Assembly (NCBI GenBank): GCA_048320885.1 | Contig: JBLWFJ010000001.1 | Location: forward strand, 5,761,697-5,825,696 | From: Nannocystaceae bacterium ST9 | Lineage (GTDB): Bacteria > Myxococcota_A > Polyangia > Nannocystales > Nannocystaceae | Length of the DNA: 64,000 nucleotides | Direction: 5' to 3' | Shown here: positions 63,669 to 64,000 of the stretch, piece after piece | Position numbering within the stretch: the first letter of the stretch is position 1 | Layout of the letters: each line of letters begins with the position of its first letter | The notes under the pieces: model-generated | The model's database searches: none | Told to the model about the DNA's origin: nothing | The model's input: the letters and a program-made list of their open reading frames with translations, nothing else | Made by a program: the position numbers and the translations under genes

Positions 63669-64000
63669 GGCGCCATCTCCTCGGGCACGATGCGGAAGTA
63701 GAACGACTCGGCCTCGACGTAGGCGAGCAGGGCCGCGCGGATGCTGTTGGGGTCGTCGTCGAGCCCGCGGATCAGCGCGAGCGTCTCGTCGTCGATCGAT
63801 CCGCCCTGCTCGGTCCGGGCGCCGGCGAACCGGAACCACTGGCGGGCGAAGCAGGTCGCGGCTTCGTCGGAGTCGGCGATCAGCTCGGCGAGCGCGACCC
63901 CACCGACCAGGCTGCCGTCGGCGGCTCCGAGATCGGGCAGACCACCGGACGCGTCGATCGGCTTGCCGTACTCCTCGGTCCGGTGGCGGCCGATCGCGTC
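63665..64000 (-). CDS. C-terminal fragment of the usual DUF1552 partner (a DUF1592/DUF1585-family PSD-domain large protein). The gene continues past the window end.
   Basis: Hand translation gives ...EAATCFARQWFRFAGARTEQGGSIDDETLALIRGLDDDPNSIRAALLAYVEAESFYFRIVPEEMAP*. It is in frame to the window edge, with GC3 bias. Confidence 0.5.
   Translation of the reverse strand, partial: DAIGRHRTEEYGKPIDASGGLPDLGAADGSLVGGVALAELIADSDEAATCFARQWFRFAGARTEQGGSIDDETLALIRGLDDDPNSIRAALLAYVEAESFYFRIVPEEMAP

Overview
This is a very high-GC (about 70%) bacterial chromosomal window, almost certainly from a myxobacterium (Myxococcota). The evidence is MYXO-CTERM-type and lipobox lipoproteins, a FrzS-like pseudo-receiver/coiled-coil protein, Ser/Thr kinase–TPR proteins, and a DUF1552 gene paired with a partial DUF1585-like C-terminal fragment at the window end. 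High GC produces many long spurious antisense ORFs (Arg-rich translations). Genes were called from recognisable protein motifs, GC3 codon bias, RBS/start context and operon logic. I hand-translated the partial genes that run off the two window edges, which the ORF track does not list.

Housekeeping genes include purB, an arginase-family ureohydrolase, an ECF sigma/anti-sigma pair, hflX, a cbiX-like gene, serA, two MscS channels, ggt, a crotonase, a Ser/Thr kinase-TPR, bcp, rsmD, an aminotransferase, a type-Ib DAHP synthase, an ATP-dependent DNA ligase, PolX and a 5'-3' exonuclease.

The main candidate for an undescribed system is a tightly overlapping seven-gene minus-strand operon (39203-46668). 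In order it encodes a fatty-acid desaturase, a PEP-synthase-like dikinase, a polytopic membrane protein, a Zn-ribbon SAM methyltransferase, a PlsC acyltransferase, a CarS/CdsA-like CTP-transferase and a DAGK-like lipid kinase. I read it as a lipid biosynthesis or remodelling pathway I cannot match to a described one.

Other notable items:
- a full-length bacterial major vault protein (MVP) homolog, followed by a lower-GC islet with two HNH endonucleases;
- two paralogous pairs of a minimal nucleotidyltransferase-fold protein plus a small helical partner protein;
- a lipoprotein with a (TGFE/TGFD)n tandem-repeat array and a CxxCH motif;
- a KaiC/RecA-like ATPase with a Met/Pro/Gly-rich N-terminal segment, coupled to a GNAT gene inside a DNA-repair-rich neighbourhood;
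- an Rpn/DUF4351-like gene bracketed by two sequence-related hairpins.

No rRNA, tRNA or CRISPR arrays were found.
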